From contig NW_025767046.1 in the NCBI RefSeq assembly GCF_003918875.1, forward strand, positions 2,604,001-2,668,000: DNA of 64,000 nucleotides, given 5' to 3'. Of the stretch, positions 36,508 to 52,100 are shown piece after piece. Numbering within the stretch: position 1 is the stretch's first letter; each line of letters opens with the position of its first letter. The notes under the pieces were generated by a model that made no database searches, was not told where the DNA came from, and saw only the letters and a list, made by a program, of their open reading frames with translations. This DNA comes from Haliotis rubra (lineage: Eukaryota). The position numbers and the translations under genes are program-made.

Positions 36508-38195
36508 ACACACATTATATATTATTTTATTTAAAAAAAATTCATTTCTCTTTTTTCTCCCTGGTTATGTAAACACAAGGTGTCACAATCAGCAAATGTA
36601 CTTTGTCCAGGAATAAAAAAAATATTATTTGCAAATATAGGCCTAAGTATGGGAAGGGTCATCTTTAGATTTAATTCTTATGGAAACAAATTTTAAAAGC
36701 ATTGATACTTTAATAACTGCATAAGTTCATATGACTGTCATGATGGACTTTCTATGATAGAGAGGCATGGTAAGTGAAAAGAGAACCATAGAAATCGTGA
36801 GAATATCTACATCGCATAATATATATTGTAAAACTATGTTTGCACCGTTAATACCACATTTCGTTATAATTTCAGTGTGGATAAGCCACAAGTAACGGAC
36901 AAATGCTTCCTGAATTTTTTTTTGAAGTTTACATTTTGACAAGAATGAACTTGAAACATACTGGAACACACGGAATAATAGATACAGTACAGTAAGGCAC
37001 ATGTCCAATAACTTTCAATAATTTCGCTTAAACATAAATATATGACCGCAACGTTAGAACGTCATGTTGTTACGACGTCGTAGCGCAACAACGTGTCACA
37101 GATAGTCCACCAACATATCACTGTGTGTAGTATGTTAAACAGCATGCGGAACTATTTTAATCATGAAGCCATTAATAAATCCACTGTAGATTCATTCAAA
37201 CTATATGTTCGAGTAAATGTGATGATTTGATATTTTATATCCTTATCTTCGTCGAGTATAAGTAAGGTATGTTCATTCATTTGATCAGCCAAATTAATCT
37301 TCTGTCATATATTTCTGGAAAATATCATATTCTTAATGCTGCTTACAAGACGAGTGAGTCTAACGGCTTCTCTCTCACTCACTCACTCGTCAAGGTCGAC
37401 GGTTGTTTACGGTACATAGCACCACTACGCCATTATCGAAATATACTAGTATATGGCTAAAATGTCTCCACGCTGGCACAGTCAAACGATTGATTTGATC
37501 ATTACTGATCTGTTAATTATGCATTGTTTGGTATATGACTAATGGAAAACAATGAGACTCTGCTGATACCGGGAGCAGAATGAACGAGCCCCGTAGGGGA
37601 GATATTATTCTACTTCCGGAATCAAGAGTTGATTTCCCCGACTTATTGTGGCTGATGTATAATGTCTCTTTGATGTTGCATAATGACCTGACGTTGCGTC
37701 AGGTTTAGATGCACGCTCAGAAGGATAAGTGAATTCCTTGTTCAAAGCAAAACTAGTGTGTCGTCATCATAAGGTTTCAAACTGTACTCATAAACTAACT
37801 TGAACATATACAAAACTTCGTCGATCATTTACATATACTGATGGTGAAAAATATATCAAAGTAAGTCCGAATATTTGTTTGTTCGTACATGGATGGATGG
37901 ATGGATGGATGGGAGTTTTTATGGAGGGAGAGATTGATGGATAGATTGAATGGTGGATGATGAATACACATACATACATACTAACATTTGTATAGCGCCG
38001 ATATCCAGCTCAGCTGCTCAAAGGCGCTTTGTTTTTTCCTTCGTTCACTGGATGTCAATCTCAACGGCACATCGTATTGTCAATCTCAACTCCCTGGGGA
38101 GCATGAATGGTTGATGGATGTCGATAATAATGATGTTTTATATGTATTTTGTTACAGTCGTACACTTTTAAACCTGCATTTTGTTAATGTCAATA

Positions 38196-38456
38196 TATAC
38201 TACAAACAAAATGTATGGGAACACCCTAAAATTTGATAGTCATGTTTCGCTGTTTTTTTTACAATGTTTCATTTCGCTCAAACTTAACGAATATTGAATC
38301 AGTTGCTTCACTGCATGTTCTAACATGTCGTTTAAAGTGGCCATTAAGTACACAAAAAGTTGCATTTACCTTAGAATATAAATGACCTCACCACGTTTAA
38401 ATTTATATTTGACTATCAAATTTTAGGGTGTTCCCATACTTTCTGTTTGTAGTATA
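38196..38456. mobile_element. Tc1/mariner-type MITE
   Basis: ~47-bp TIRs TATACTACAAACAAAATGTATGGGAACACCCTAAAATTTGATAGTCA and its near-perfect reverse complement; TA ends. Confidence 0.8.
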
Positions 38457-38603
38457 TTATATGAGTATCCATCTGTGAGTCTATCCGTCTCTATATAACA
38501 ATCTCAAGCAAGTAACTTTGTGTCAACACATCTTCATTGAAACGTTTAATTAATGAGTACACAATGTCCTTTAGAAAGTTATCAAACCTGACATACTAGT
38601 GTG

Positions 38604-38765
38604 TATATTTGGGATTACACTTTCTAAGTAAAGTACTGATTCTAGTATACTGATTCTGAGTTTTACTTTTGTTCCAGCAACATCACGGCGGACAGATTCT
38701 AGTACTTTTGTTAGGTTGAAAGTACTAGAATATAAACTTTACTGATAACTGTAATCCCAAATATA
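38604..38765. mobile_element. Small MITE-like inverted repeat
   Basis: TATATTTGGGATTACA ... TGTAATCCCAAATATA, with further internal inverted similarity. Confidence 0.55.
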
Positions 38766-40672
38766 TCATGTTACGTTTAATCAAGATCTTGATGTATGTG
38801 TGAGATTTCACTATGGTATGGACAATATGTATTAATGCGTTTAACCAAGATTTTGCTAACATTAAGTGTGGAGAAAGAACGCGATCTTTGACATGTTGGC
38901 CACTTATAACGTGTCATCACTATTTGATAATGATTCATGAAAGCATGCTCAAGTTCTGGAATGGATCGTACAATGGATTTTGCTTTTAAGAGATCTCATA
39001 TCATCACCAACAAATAAGAAACATTTTCATAATCATAATCATAGTCTTTATAAACTTCTATCAGTCATAAATAGCTGACTATCTTTAATTGTCATATTAA
39101 AATGTGTGCATACCTCCCATGTTTGAATGAATACTTAAATGTACAATCAACACAATACCAGCACCAACTCTGAAATATATATTCTCTTTTCAACAGCACA
39201 CAAATGACTGAGTTGACGTAACGCCCTTTTATGCCACGTCAGGGCGGTGGGTAGCCTAGTGGTTAAAGCGTTCGCTCGTCACGCCGAAGGCCTGAGTTCG
39301 ATTCCTAACATGGGTACAATGTGTGAAGCCCATTTCTGGTGTCCCCCGCTGTGATATTGCCGGAATATTGCTAAAAGCGGCGTAAAACTAAACTATTTCA
39401 CTCACGTAACGTAACGTCACGTCACTTATGTTACGTCACGTCAGTTTGTTGTGATGGAAATCTCGAAGTGATGCAGGTCTGAGATAGATATCACTTTCTG
39501 TAAATCCGCCAGAACGGACATACCTAAAAATATTATACGGGCAAACAGAGATTAGAACCTACAGTTATGTACATTGCGTGTACAATGAATAGGGGAATAG
39601 CTCCGAGACTTCGAATCAGTCAGTTTAACATGAACGACAACGATTCCATGAGCGCGAGAGGCAAAACAGAAGTGAAAAATATATGCAAAGATAAATGAAA
39701 TGTATAATGACACTGGGTGCCAAGTCAAGCATGTCCTGCTTTACCGGTACCTGGAGCCACTCACACAGTTTGCATAAACAGTAAGCGTGTGTATAAATAC
39801 AAAATAATGTGATGTTTCTATGTTCTATTCCCGACTGGTTTCTATGCCCATGTTTCTGTTTTGGCCTCGGTTTACAGCGATACGGCTTCTTGTAGCTGGT
39901 TCAACATCAAGTATCTTGAGCCATCTGTTTCGAAAATCGATCATTTTGTATTTGTGTGTGTGTGTGTGTGCGCGTGCGTGCGTGCTTGTGTGTTTATTCC
40001 ATGTGACCCAACGACATAAACATAACCCTAAATATGTGTTAATGTTTCTTCGGCATCTCTTTCAGCGAAAACAATTATCTTAGCAGTCGTAGATAAAAAT
40101 GGTTTGTCAAATTGGCTTTTATGAACCATAAGAACTCAAAACAATATAGTTTTTTTCACTTCCTTTTATTGTTTCTAAAAACTTACACATCCGAATTGCA
40201 TTTGACATTTCCTAATATAAATACAGCATAAATAAGATTTTCTGATTGGAATGCAATGATGTGAAAATGTTTCCAAATAAATACTTTTTTTTGTAATACA
40301 AACGATTTCTATTCAATCGTAAATGCTTTGAATTTGAATTGGTTTTTCAGCTTCGTACATTTTCAACATTTTAAGAGTCAGACAATGAATAATTCAAGAT
40401 TAAATACATGTACAGCAATACTCATAAAGCCCCCAGAGGCTCATCTCTGCATAAGTAAGAAGAGGACAGGCAGATCTTCTTTGTTATCATATTAAGACTA
40501 CTTGCAATACAACAAATTAATGACATTTTGACAAATAGACAATATGCATTCTTTCACACATAACGTCACACCCAAAGAGTGCATCTGCGTTTGTTAACTT
40601 AAACAATTCATTTCAAAGGAATATAAAGCGGGGGTTTAAGAGTGATGAATATTTAATATCTTCTCAGTATGC

Positions 40673-42886
40673 TCAGGGGGCTGCCGGGGTGACAGCGTCC
40701 GTGTTGTCAAATCCCAACTTGCAGCAGGCCAGGATAGGTTCCATACACACTTGACGTCCATCTGTACCAGTGGTCAAGGATGAACATAGCTGGAAACAGT
40801 TTGAAGATAATGACATGTCATTGTTTTGGCAAGGATACACGTGGCTCAGGAAACAAACAATTATTCATTTTCAAATATCAAATTTGCAAGGCTATATATT
40901 TGCAAATACACTGTACACTGTTATAACGCAAAATGTGTTTTAAGGTTTAAATGGTATATTATGAGAATTGATTGAAGCTCAAATTTGTCAATAAAGACAT
41001 TCCTAAAGATGTAAAACCTGTCGGAGCAGATGGATATTCTGAAATGGTGCTGCATGTGACAAAATTATCGAGCACTTACAGCCATTCCGCGTCCTCCGTA
41101 TCTCTCGAGCTCCCTGAATGGCAGGTTGGCAGAAGCCAAGTCAACAACAGTCTCCTGGTTGGTGCTGAGGGTGACAGAGGTGACAACTCCGGGAGTGGTG
41201 GTCGTTCCAGTGCCCCATGAACCTTGTCCCCACTGCTGTCCCCATGGCTGACCCCACTGTTGACCAAGACCATGACCCCATCCTTGACCAAGACCTTGAC
41301 CCCATCGTTGGCCCCACACGTTGCTGAAAGTGTGAAGAAAAACTATTTTAGTCAAATCTGATTATCTTATCTCAGATGTTATTTTATGAATCGGTGAAAC
41401 AAAAACTTGCCTGAATCAGCTCGGTTTGATAAAGTAGGAATCTTTAACATAATGTTTCCCAGATAAATATCTTTTGAATATACTATGTCATGGATGGAAG
41501 GGGATTATTGTAGAAGCAGGATTTACAACACGAGATATGGTCAGATCATTGCATTTCAAGATAGGTCCGAGACGCAATCACATTGGATTATATACTAGTA
41601 TATTCAGTACACCCCTCCTCCTTTGGAAACAAAAAGATCCTTACCTTCCAATGACAGGTCCGAGTCCATCAGAGGTACATCCAGCCTCCACACGAGATCT
41701 CTCAGTGATGACGAGGTTGTAAGTTCCTGACACAGTGGATGTTCTCAGAACAGCAGATCCAGTCAAACCTCCACGGGATTGACCCCACTATAATATGTAA
41801 GAAAGAAGATACGTGAATGTTTTTTATAGTTAGTTATTCTGAGACATGCTTTTGAAGTAATAAGGACATAAGACATCTTCCAGGTTTACATAATCTACCT
41901 TCATTTCACGGCAGTACTAACCTAATGAAAGAACGAGGAAAGTTCCGTTTTGTTTTAGCATTGTTCAGTTGTTCCAAATCATTTACCATGTGGTGAAATC
42001 CACGCACATTGGGTTTTTTTGAAAAAGGGGTCATACAAACTAGCTGATATATACAAACGATTTTCAGTTTGACATAAACAGGTAACAAAAGCGCCCCTCT
42101 CTGTGGTGATATGTTAGTCTATCACACTGAATAAGTGACACATTCTGATAAGTGAACTGAAAAAAAAACTTACACCCCATCCTCCCCAGCTTGGTTGTCT
42201 CCTCCTCAGGGTCAAGGATCCTGTGATCCCTGTAGCTGTGAAAGTACAGGTGATGGTTGTGTCTGAAAACAAGGCAAAGCTAATTAAATCGTGCTGTACC
42301 ATTAACTTAATGTTCCAAAACATCATATTAACACAGCTTTGATCATTGCTCTACCGGCGTCTTACATTGCTTTACATCAGTTTAAATTTGTGTTCCAATT
42401 ACCATCTATAAGTTTGAAATTTGTTTGAGATTATCTTACATTAAAATGAATGTAATAAGAAACTATAAGAAGCTATGACTCACTCAAGATAGGGTTGACG
42501 ATGTTCTGTCCAAGTCCTCCCATTTGTCCCCACCCTGCTCCAAGTCGACCAAAGCCAAGTCTGGGTAGACCAAGCCCGAATCCTCCCTGACCTAAACCTG
42601 CTCCGGCTCCAGCTTGACCAAACCCAAACCCTGCCTGACCTAACCCTGCTCCTGCTTGACCAAATCCTGCCCCAGCTTGCCCCACACCTGCTCCTTCTTG
42701 ACCAAATCCGGCTCCTGCTTGACCAAAGGCTCCACCTGCTTGACCAAAACCTCCCCCTGCTTGACCGAAGGTGGCTCCAGCTTGACCCCAAGATGATCCA
42801 GTATTACCAAAGCCCATTTGACCCATACCTTGACCAAAGGCCAGGTGAGCAATGACAGATAGAAGAGCTACAGTGAGGAAAGCCAT
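40673..42886 (-). CDS. Paralog E, 331 aa (closest to D)
   Basis: Exons (minus) 42886-42484, 42262-42174, 41787-41645, 41323-41080, 40789-40673. GT-AG introns, open frame to TGA. Confidence 0.92.
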
Positions 42887-44445
42887 GGTGTACGTGTGCT
42901 CGAGAAGGACTGAATATGTCGATATTGCTGACTTGACCTGACCGAGTCTATATACACCAGGGGTGTAATGTTATTGCACATTATTATGTCACAGAAATGT
43001 AGGAATACGGAAGTCCCATCCCTGGTTCCCTACATAATCAAGGCCTGACCAATTAGATACGGCGTATGAATTTAAAAATACCTGACAAGTCATATATCAA
43101 ATGACCATGGTTTGATGACAACGAAGATGTTCACATAGATAACTAGTTGGACAGTCACCATGAAGCTCGATAGCTTGTGTCTGACAAATAATCAAATAAG
43201 AAGATTTATTTGGTAAGTGTGTCTTTAGCAGTGCTTTTTACTGATTTGTATCACTTTTGAAAAATTGAATTCGTGTTTCAAAACTGTTCTGTACTGAACT
43301 ACAACAAAGGGATTGCGAAAAGAAATTACATTAAACGTTAAGCACAACCTCCTCCTTCCATGTGTAATTCCATATAAAGTACGTTTGGACATTGTATAAA
43401 ACTATCGCGCAGTGTGATACCTTTCTGATGAAACGAATTTGGTTTTGTTCCCGTTGTTGCATTGTGAAATACGAAGCATAAAATCTGACAATTTATTGTG
43501 GAACATAATTTATCTCTTCAATCGTTTAGTCGGATCATTACATCGCACCATTGAAATGGCTTTTCCATTGTTTATTCTGTTGAGTTGTATTCCATCTTTG
43601 GGACGGCTGTCATTCTGTAAACAATACGTATACTCAGTATGAATCAGGAATTCTAGTGATTGACATCATGAGCATTGACCTACCCAATTGGGATACGATG
43701 GCATCAGCGAATCCGTTAGTCGCCTCTTGCGAAAAAGAACGGGTTGCTGAAGACTTAATCTAACCCGGATCTTCCCGGGGGAAGCTTTTCGACTATCCTA
43801 GGAACTTCTTTTAATTTTCTACAGGTATTTTTGCAGTGAAGAACATTCGAAATATATTAATATCACATGTAAATATTTGTATGGACATAAAAGGCACATA
43901 CAATTCAGAAAGGAGTGGTTCTTAGCTTTAACGTGTGTATCTGACGTTTGGATATTCTTACCCTTTTTCTTAAATATCTGGTGTAATCATGGGTTTCAGT
44001 GACCCATAATATAATTCACTATCATTTTGTCTTATTCGTTCTTTGCATTCTGTTTCATCAGGTCAGACTTCGAACATACGCGTTTGCTACGTTTTAACAT
44101 CTGAACAATATTTTCCTGAATGAGTTTTAAGTTGTCTCCGTGGATATTAATTTCGAACATTGAATCATATCGGACCATATAGTTCATGTACATACTGGCA
44201 CCTATTGCACCAGTGTGGAGGAAATGAAATAAGGCCATGTTTACATTCACATCTCCTTGGATGTATATTCAAGTGGTCAGGTGTATATTCAAGAACATTT
44301 AATCTTGAACGTTTATACATATGTGTTTACAAATGAAAAGATGTTGTTTTGAACGTTGAATCTTCAGTTTGAGAATGAACTACCGTGATATATGTGCTAC
44401 TACGTGTGTTACTTCTTTGTTGTAAAATTATCGGTACGAAGAATC

Positions 44446-44497
44446 TGAATGAATGAATGAATGAATGAATGAATGAATGAAAGAATGAATGAATGAA
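44446..44497. repeat. (TGAA)n microsatellite
   Basis: Direct reading. Confidence 0.9.
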
Positions 44498-47400
44498 TTA
44501 TCCACTTTTGACTCACCTACTTCTAGAATGCCTATCAAACAATGAATAATGAGTGAAAAATTTGAAAAGTAAAGACTCATACAAAGCACATTTTAACACT
44601 GAGGCGATATCAAATGAAATCTAAAATTTACATAATGTCATGTTACAGTTAGTGCTTTTGTCAGTACTGTTTGTGGGCATTTTCAAAAGTAGTGGCTGCA
44701 AGATTGTTCCAATTTTCATGCATAATGAAAATCAACGTAAACGTTTCCTTCAACAGATGCCTTAATAAACCTTGGCATGTATGAGTTAATAGTAAAGACT
44801 GAAATCGTATCATGAAATCTTCCACGGTGTATTAACAGAAACTAGCAGGCAAAATAAAATATACTTTTGAAAATGGGATTTGAACAAAACCATACATTTT
44901 CCAAATGTTACTTGGTTCGAAACAGTCGGCGAAACACTGACAACTTAAGTTCCAAAACGCAGTTACTATACGCGTATCGAATACGCAACCTTCGAATCTC
45001 CTATTTGCATACGTTTTCCGCCGATATGATAACGATTCCGCCAACAAACAAATGTCGTTGAGGCCAAGGATAGCGATAATACAGCCGGACAGAATTTGAT
45101 ATTTCATATCAGCGCCATCAGGAAACAGAGCACCTGTTGCTAAAACTACATATTCACACAACAACCCTAACTGCCCCTGTAAGAATATTTCATCGAGACT
45201 TTGAAATATACTATTCAAAAAAAGAAAAGCATAACCAAGAAAGCTGTTGCGAAAATGTTGTATTTTCAAACATGTATAACTCGTCCAAAAATAAACTTTT
45301 ATACATAAAGTTTAACATCAGTTTTGAAGAAGGAAATGTCTATACAAACAAGTGGATAATTTTAGATAAATTATTCACAGGTTTCGTCAAAACTTTCAAT
45401 GAAATGTCAATACATGTTGTGCCCACCACGTACACCACACATATGCGTTTCTGTTTTTGGATCGTATACGATATGATTATCAGATACAAAAATTATTCCA
45501 GTCTTAACAAAGATTAGATTCTTAACAAGGTCAAAGTACATTAGCATGAAAAATTGGAAAACGACATTTTCACCAAACATATTGAGTCTGTTAATATTTA
45601 AAACACACACTTTATGTATTGGACGAGCTGTCTATAATAGAAACTCATTAATCTGGGTGCAGCAGTGATCGTAGATCGTATCTAATATATAAATATTAAA
45701 GTAAACTTCATAAATAGCATGTAGGTTATAGCAGGCGTTGAGAGTAGCGAAATATATTGACAACAAATTTGACATTGCCATGTAATCGTAAGACTTAGTG
45801 AGATTTTACGCCGCTTTTAGCAATATTCCAGCAATGTCATGGCGGGGAACACCAGAAATGGTCTTTAATACATTGTACCCATATGGGGAATCAAACCCGG
45901 GTCTTCGGCGTGACGAGCAAACGCTTTAACCACTAAGCTACCCCATCACCCATTAATCGTAAGAGGGTGGGACCAGGAAGCTCAGCTAACTACGCGACAC
46001 AAACAGGTCTTCACTTGTTTTAACTTAGTCATCGTTTCTGTGCCTCGGCTTTACTTTACAGGTGGGGACAGGCGGTGGGGTAGCCTAGTGGATTAAGCGT
46101 TCGCTCGTCATGCAGAAAGCCCAGGTTCGATTTCCAGCATGGGTACAATGTGTGAAGCCCATTTCTAGTGTTCCCCGCCGTGGAATATTGCTTAAAGCGG
46201 CGTAAAACCTAACTCACTCACTCACTCATTCACTACAGCTGGGGAATCTGGCGTTTTCTTAGCCCATAAGCATATTGTTTTACGAATTCTTGAAGGCCTA
46301 CCGATACCTCAATTAATATTGTAGTTGAAACAAGACCAGGGACTGGTATATTCGCCACAAGTATGTCATAGTATGAGGAGGGCTACTGTACCAATGAAGG
46401 AGTTTTACACATTTTTAGAGCTTCATACAATCGATGTGAGAAATAAATGAGTGTCTGTTTTCAAACATTAATATGATTAATAATCTATCTTATGATTTTG
46501 TTCCATGCCAGTTACCTCTTTAAATGCATTTACAGTATGGTACGTGCTTACTGTAATTTACTGTGGTCCACGAAGATGAATGGCATTTTTAGCATGTTTT
46601 ACCTTCAGCACACACCAAAATGCGTTAATGTCGAACCGATTTGTTTACATGAGCAAGAACAAATGACTTCCTAAGCGTGACATTCCTCCTCCTCCACCCC
46701 TACCACTCCCCTCCCCTTTGCCCACGCGCCTAACCCCTCCACTTCATCATAGTAACCGAGCAGGTGGAAATGTGTAGTAGGTGTCAATATGTACAATATC
46801 GGCAAGACAAAATGCCCGAGGGGTCATCAGTTGGTGTACTACCAGACACTGTATCGAAGGGATAGATCCAACGATGCACACCCGTACCTGTGCTTCATGT
46901 TGATAATTAGCAGTGGGATGATGACCCCAGGCGTCCACACCTCTTTCCCGGGGCATGTGTACGTCATTATCGGTCATCAGCATGTTTTTCACTAATTATA
47001 TGAACTTACTGACGTCATATTAATTCATTTTAAAGTAATCTTTTAATCCTGTTACAGTATAGCTAGGATACTCAGCCAAATGTTAATGAAATCATATCAT
47101 TCATAATTATGAAAATATGGACTATGTTGTTTGCACGTCAAACGACTTGTCAAGACAGGTTAGCTATTTTTAATTTGATTATGGCACAAAAGCAAAATAT
47201 TTCAAATCCCTGGACACTTCTGAGGGAGCATCTGGGATGAGGAAGAGAAGAATGTTGTGACAGATTAAATTAAATTTCTGGTTAAAAGAATGTTGACATC
47301 CATGCTTGATGGCGGTTGATGTAAACTGCTATGGGGACTGTATTTAGCCCGGTAACGTTTTGATGGAGCTTTTTGGTTTTATTTTATTTTGTTGAATGCA

Positions 47401-49172
47401 GTTTTTTCAAGTATATACATTCTTTCACCTGACAGTTTACTTTGTGACCTATAATTAAAAGACATATGAAACATATCAACAGGCGCCAATCAGATTTTGC
47501 TGGGCCGCATCAGAGGTTTTTCAGGACATCCTACTATTTTATTGCAAAAACTTGCACCAAAATTAGTCTATTATTTTCACCATTTTCGAGAAATATATTG
47601 TTTCACAGAATATAGAAATAGTCAGTCCCTATTGAAGAATATAGGGTCATGTCACCGTAACCTGTGAAAGAAGGCAAGAAAAGTTAGAAACCATCGTAAC
47701 TGTTACTAAAACTTTAGAAAACATCCTGTGTTCATTGTCAAAACGATTATAATAAAGTACACTAGATTCCTTATTTTGATTATTCCTTGTTCTCAATAAT
47801 AGGAAAATGAAACATACTGTATTGCAAATGAATCATCATTTGTTACAGACTAATATATTCATGTGGCATACCATTAGATGCCTCTGTCCATTACTTATCT
47901 ATATTGTTTTCGAAATAACAAAAAGGCACTCAATAACTGATAAAACCCATCTGGTAAAAATTATCTGTTGATGTCTCATATTTGTTTAAATAACTCGGAC
48001 GTACTGTACTTTGTAACTGCTTCAAACATCGCTTAGATCTTGATAGTTTGGTTATAGCCGCTTTAGCGCTTGAGAAGATGACGTTACCTCAACCATCTAA
48101 ACTCCAATTCTCTTTAAATCCTCACTGAAGAACCTTAACAAATAACACATATAAATGAGAGCATCATCACTGTAAGTCATGATTGTTAACATTGATTTGG
48201 ATTCTTACCTTGTTCAATAAAAAACCCATGTACAATTTCATGAGTACAATCCGAAAGTAACACTCACCCGGAACCAAGACATTTTTCCTCATCAAATTAT
48301 TGATTATCAAAGGAAACAGATTCACTCTATGTTTCGTTTCTGGTAAACAACTAGATACAACTTGAATTACGAACTGAAATAAAATAAAAATGAAATAGAA
48401 ATAAAGATTATAAAATGCATATATGCCTTTTAACTACAGAAGGCATTTAATACATTGGTAAATCTAGACTACGAGTGTTCCGTCTATGAATATGATGCAC
48501 GTGTATAGCAGAACATGTGAGATTGTTTCAAAGTATCTACTTACGTTTGGTACCATCGTATTTTGGTGTCCAGTAGATCTTTCTAATTATATCAAACGAG
48601 TGTTAGGAGATGCTGTCTTCATAGGTGACTTGTATCACAGAATATGTGAATGAATTAATGAATTAAGGAACGTTGATAATATATCAGTGCTAGGATGTGA
48701 CATATATATTTGAAATACAAATTAGAAAATGTACATTCATGTGGTTCAGCCAGGCATCAAAAGTTTCAGCGGGACAATGAGCGTAGTTGTCACCCAAGGC
48801 AACACCAATTTCCGTCACAAAAATGTACTGCAGGTTAAGGAAGGTCTGTATGACCAGCAAGGGGTATTAGTGCCGCTTGAATGAGTAAAAAAAGGATGAA
48901 ATGGGATGGACTATCTTTGTACCTTTTGCCTATCACGAATTAGACGAACCCGAATGACGCAGATTATTTAAAGTGTTCCCTAAGAGCACCCCTAAGGTGC
49001 GCCAGCTTCACTTCTTTGACCTGTCCTCTACGGCAGTTGTATTTCACAAGGAGTGGGCACAAATTTCCTGTTTCCAAGTTTCAAGAGATTCTTTGGAGGA
49101 AAGCCTAACGTTGGCGTTATAAAGGTGTCACGAGAAGCAGAACGTCAGTTGATCCTGTAGACCAGTTCCACC

Positions 49173-52100
49173 ATGGCCATGCTGCATCTTGTTCTTGTGG
49201 CTGCTCTTGCTCACCTAACCTCAGGACAGGGTTGGGGAGCAGGACGTCTTTCACCTGGAAGGGGGGCTGTTGCACCTGGAATCGGGGGTGCTGGTCTTGG
49301 AATCGGAGGTGTTGGACCTGGAATAGGAGGCGCTGGATCAGGTTTTGGGGGTACTGTGTCTGGTTTCGGGGGTGTTGGGACAGGAATCGGGAGTGCTGGA
49401 CTTGGAATTGGTAGAACCTCTTCCTTTGGTCTGGGAGCATCATTGTTTGGTCTCATCAACCCTTACTACAGTACGTATGTTTCTTGTCGATTTTCAAAAG
49501 ATCAGTATATTATTATCGTTGATGACAGAAACAGAAAGGCAGGTTTCAGTGGTTTCTGTCACACCAGTCATTATAGTATCTTAAGAACCATAAGTTTCAA
49601 GGGTATTGTATATCCATGTCCATACAGTGCACGTGTCACCCTTACTTCATTGACTTACTTGACGTAGTTCTCTTTACTCCTTGAGGAGCATAGGGCCTCA
49701 ACAGTTGTCCTCCACGCTTGCCGTTCAATGGCTATGCTCTTGGCAGTCTCCCAGGTTAAGCCGGTTTCCATTAGTTCCTTATCCAGGCTTCGTCTCAAGG
49801 TCAGTTCTAGACGTCCTCTTTGCCTCTTGCCTTACTTCTTTACTATAGACAATATCAATATTTTTACAGACACAACAATCACCTGTTCTGGCACGGTGCC
49901 TGGATTCGCCTTCGCTGTTACCCTGAAAAGAGCACCACCAGTATTTGGAGCGTGGGTGAGTAAATGTATATTCAAGACGTTCTACACGTTAAGACAATCA
50001 TATTCTAACAAGTGGTCTCTTGTGACAACCTCTTGCCGCTTCACGCAACTTCATTAATGTCAAAAAGTTCGCGTTTAATGTCAGGTTCAAACTTCAAGGT
50101 TGAGGTTTCAAGTGAACTCTAGTGTTCGCAGTCTTCATATTCGAGTGTTGACATATCATTATCTATCTATAATTGTATGTATAATTGCGTCGATTTACTT
50201 GTTTAGAATGGTCAGTGAGTTCCTGAATTACTGCAACAAACAATACCGTGACGTCATTAAAGTGGTATTAAAAATAATTTCAAACGTGCACACAAACTGA
50301 CCTATGAGGAAGTGGTATAGCATTGGTCTTGCTTGACGACTATAGAGATTGGGTTGTCAGGTACATGGACTAGGCTGATGCATGTCATCGTATCCCAACT
50401 GCGTAGATCCATGCTCATGATGTCGATCACTAGACTGTCTGATCCAGACTCGAGTATATACAAACCGCCGCTATACAGCTGGACAGTTGCCAGGTGCAGC
50501 GTAAAACAACAAACTTTCGTCAATGAATTCTTGATTGTTACGGATCCAGTGGATTTATGTCCAAATGTATGTGTTTCCATTTTTTCACAGTGGGCTCAAA
50601 GGCAAGGTGGACTGAGTGGAAGCGTTGTGCTCAGAACTACATCTGCTACAGGGAACTTCCAATTTGTTCTCACTGAGCGAGCCCGTACTGAAGGAGGATG
50701 TACTCCAGATGGCCTGGGGAATGTCTTTGGCAGGTATGCCGTTAAAATGATACATCATGTCAAATGTACATAAGCTCCTCGTGAATTGATGTTCACGTGA
50801 ATCTTGTTCAAATATGGTTCATTGCTCCTAGCTCTGTTGATCGGAATGCATTACAGCTATCATTCTCAACTCCCTGGAGAGTATAACTCAAGCAGCCGAC
50901 GGGCGTTCGAAGGTGTTTCTATCAACCTCACATATCGTCATAGCAATTCGGGTTAGAATTGGTCCTAAACAACTCATGCTTGTCGTAAGAGGCGACATCG
51001 AATCCCAATTGCTTAGATCGATGCTCATGCTGTTGATCACTGGCTTTTCTGGTTCAGATTTGATTATTTACAGACCGCCGCCATATAGCTGGAATGTTGC
51101 TGAGTGCGGCGTAAAACTAAACTCACTCACTTCGAAGCTCGTTATGTGGATCACTGGATTGTCTGCCGCCATATAGCTGGGATACTGCTGGGTGCGGCGT
51201 AAAACTAAACTCACTCACTTCGAAGCTCGTTATGTGGATCACTGGATTGTATGCCGCCATATAGCTGGGATACTACTGGGTGCGGCGTAAAACTAAACTC
51301 ACTCACTTCGAGGCTCGTTATGTGGATCACTGGATTGTCTGCCGCCATATAGCTGGAATACTGCTGAGTGCGGCGTAAAACTAAACTCACTTCGAGGCTC
51401 GTTATGTGGATCACTGGATTGTCTGCCGCCATATAGCTGGAATACTGCTGAGTGCGACAAACGTTTAAACAACAAACAAACAAAATCACATACGTGAACC
51501 TTTTTCCTGAATGGTGGACTCTTTTTAACTTGCGCAGCATGACACTTATCTTTCCGACACTTGTGTTACGGATGCATCAATCGTTTTTTTTGTTGCACCC
51601 ACCTGGTCATCAAATGCATTACTAAGCACAGACGTTTTGCATAGTTCACTAATTAATTTTAGTCGTTTAGGATGTAATACAAACTTGAACTTTCGCTGTT
51701 CTTCATTCCTAAACTCAGCAATCCTTTTTTCCGTAGTAACGCTCTGGGCCTTGGACTCGGTCAAGTGTTTGGGCAACAGTGGGGTCGGGGTTTTGGAAAA
51801 CCATGGGGTCAGATATTTGGTACTGGCAGAGTCACCCGGCCTGGAGTCGTTGCCGATGTGACCATTGCCAACGGAGGCAGGACCCTTGACGTGGCCTCAC
51901 TCAATCTGCCGTTCAGAGACCTCGAGAGATATGCAGGACGTGCCTTTGCTGTAAGTGACTTTCCCAAACCGTATCCAAAACTAACATTTGACAGTATCAA
52001 CGACAATGTGTAAGTCAATTGTTTTACCTGTGACATAATGAAAGGCAATGATTGAAACAGATGTAGTAAGCCCTGTACGAATAAGACGTATGAAAACATT

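Noticed and set aside
36271-36572. ORFs containing X runs (also 54151-54366)
   Set aside because: Artefacts of N gaps.
44832-45517. 145-aa and 126-aa ORFs between E and F
   Set aside because: No recognisable motifs, non-ATG starts and AT-rich composition; no support for coding.
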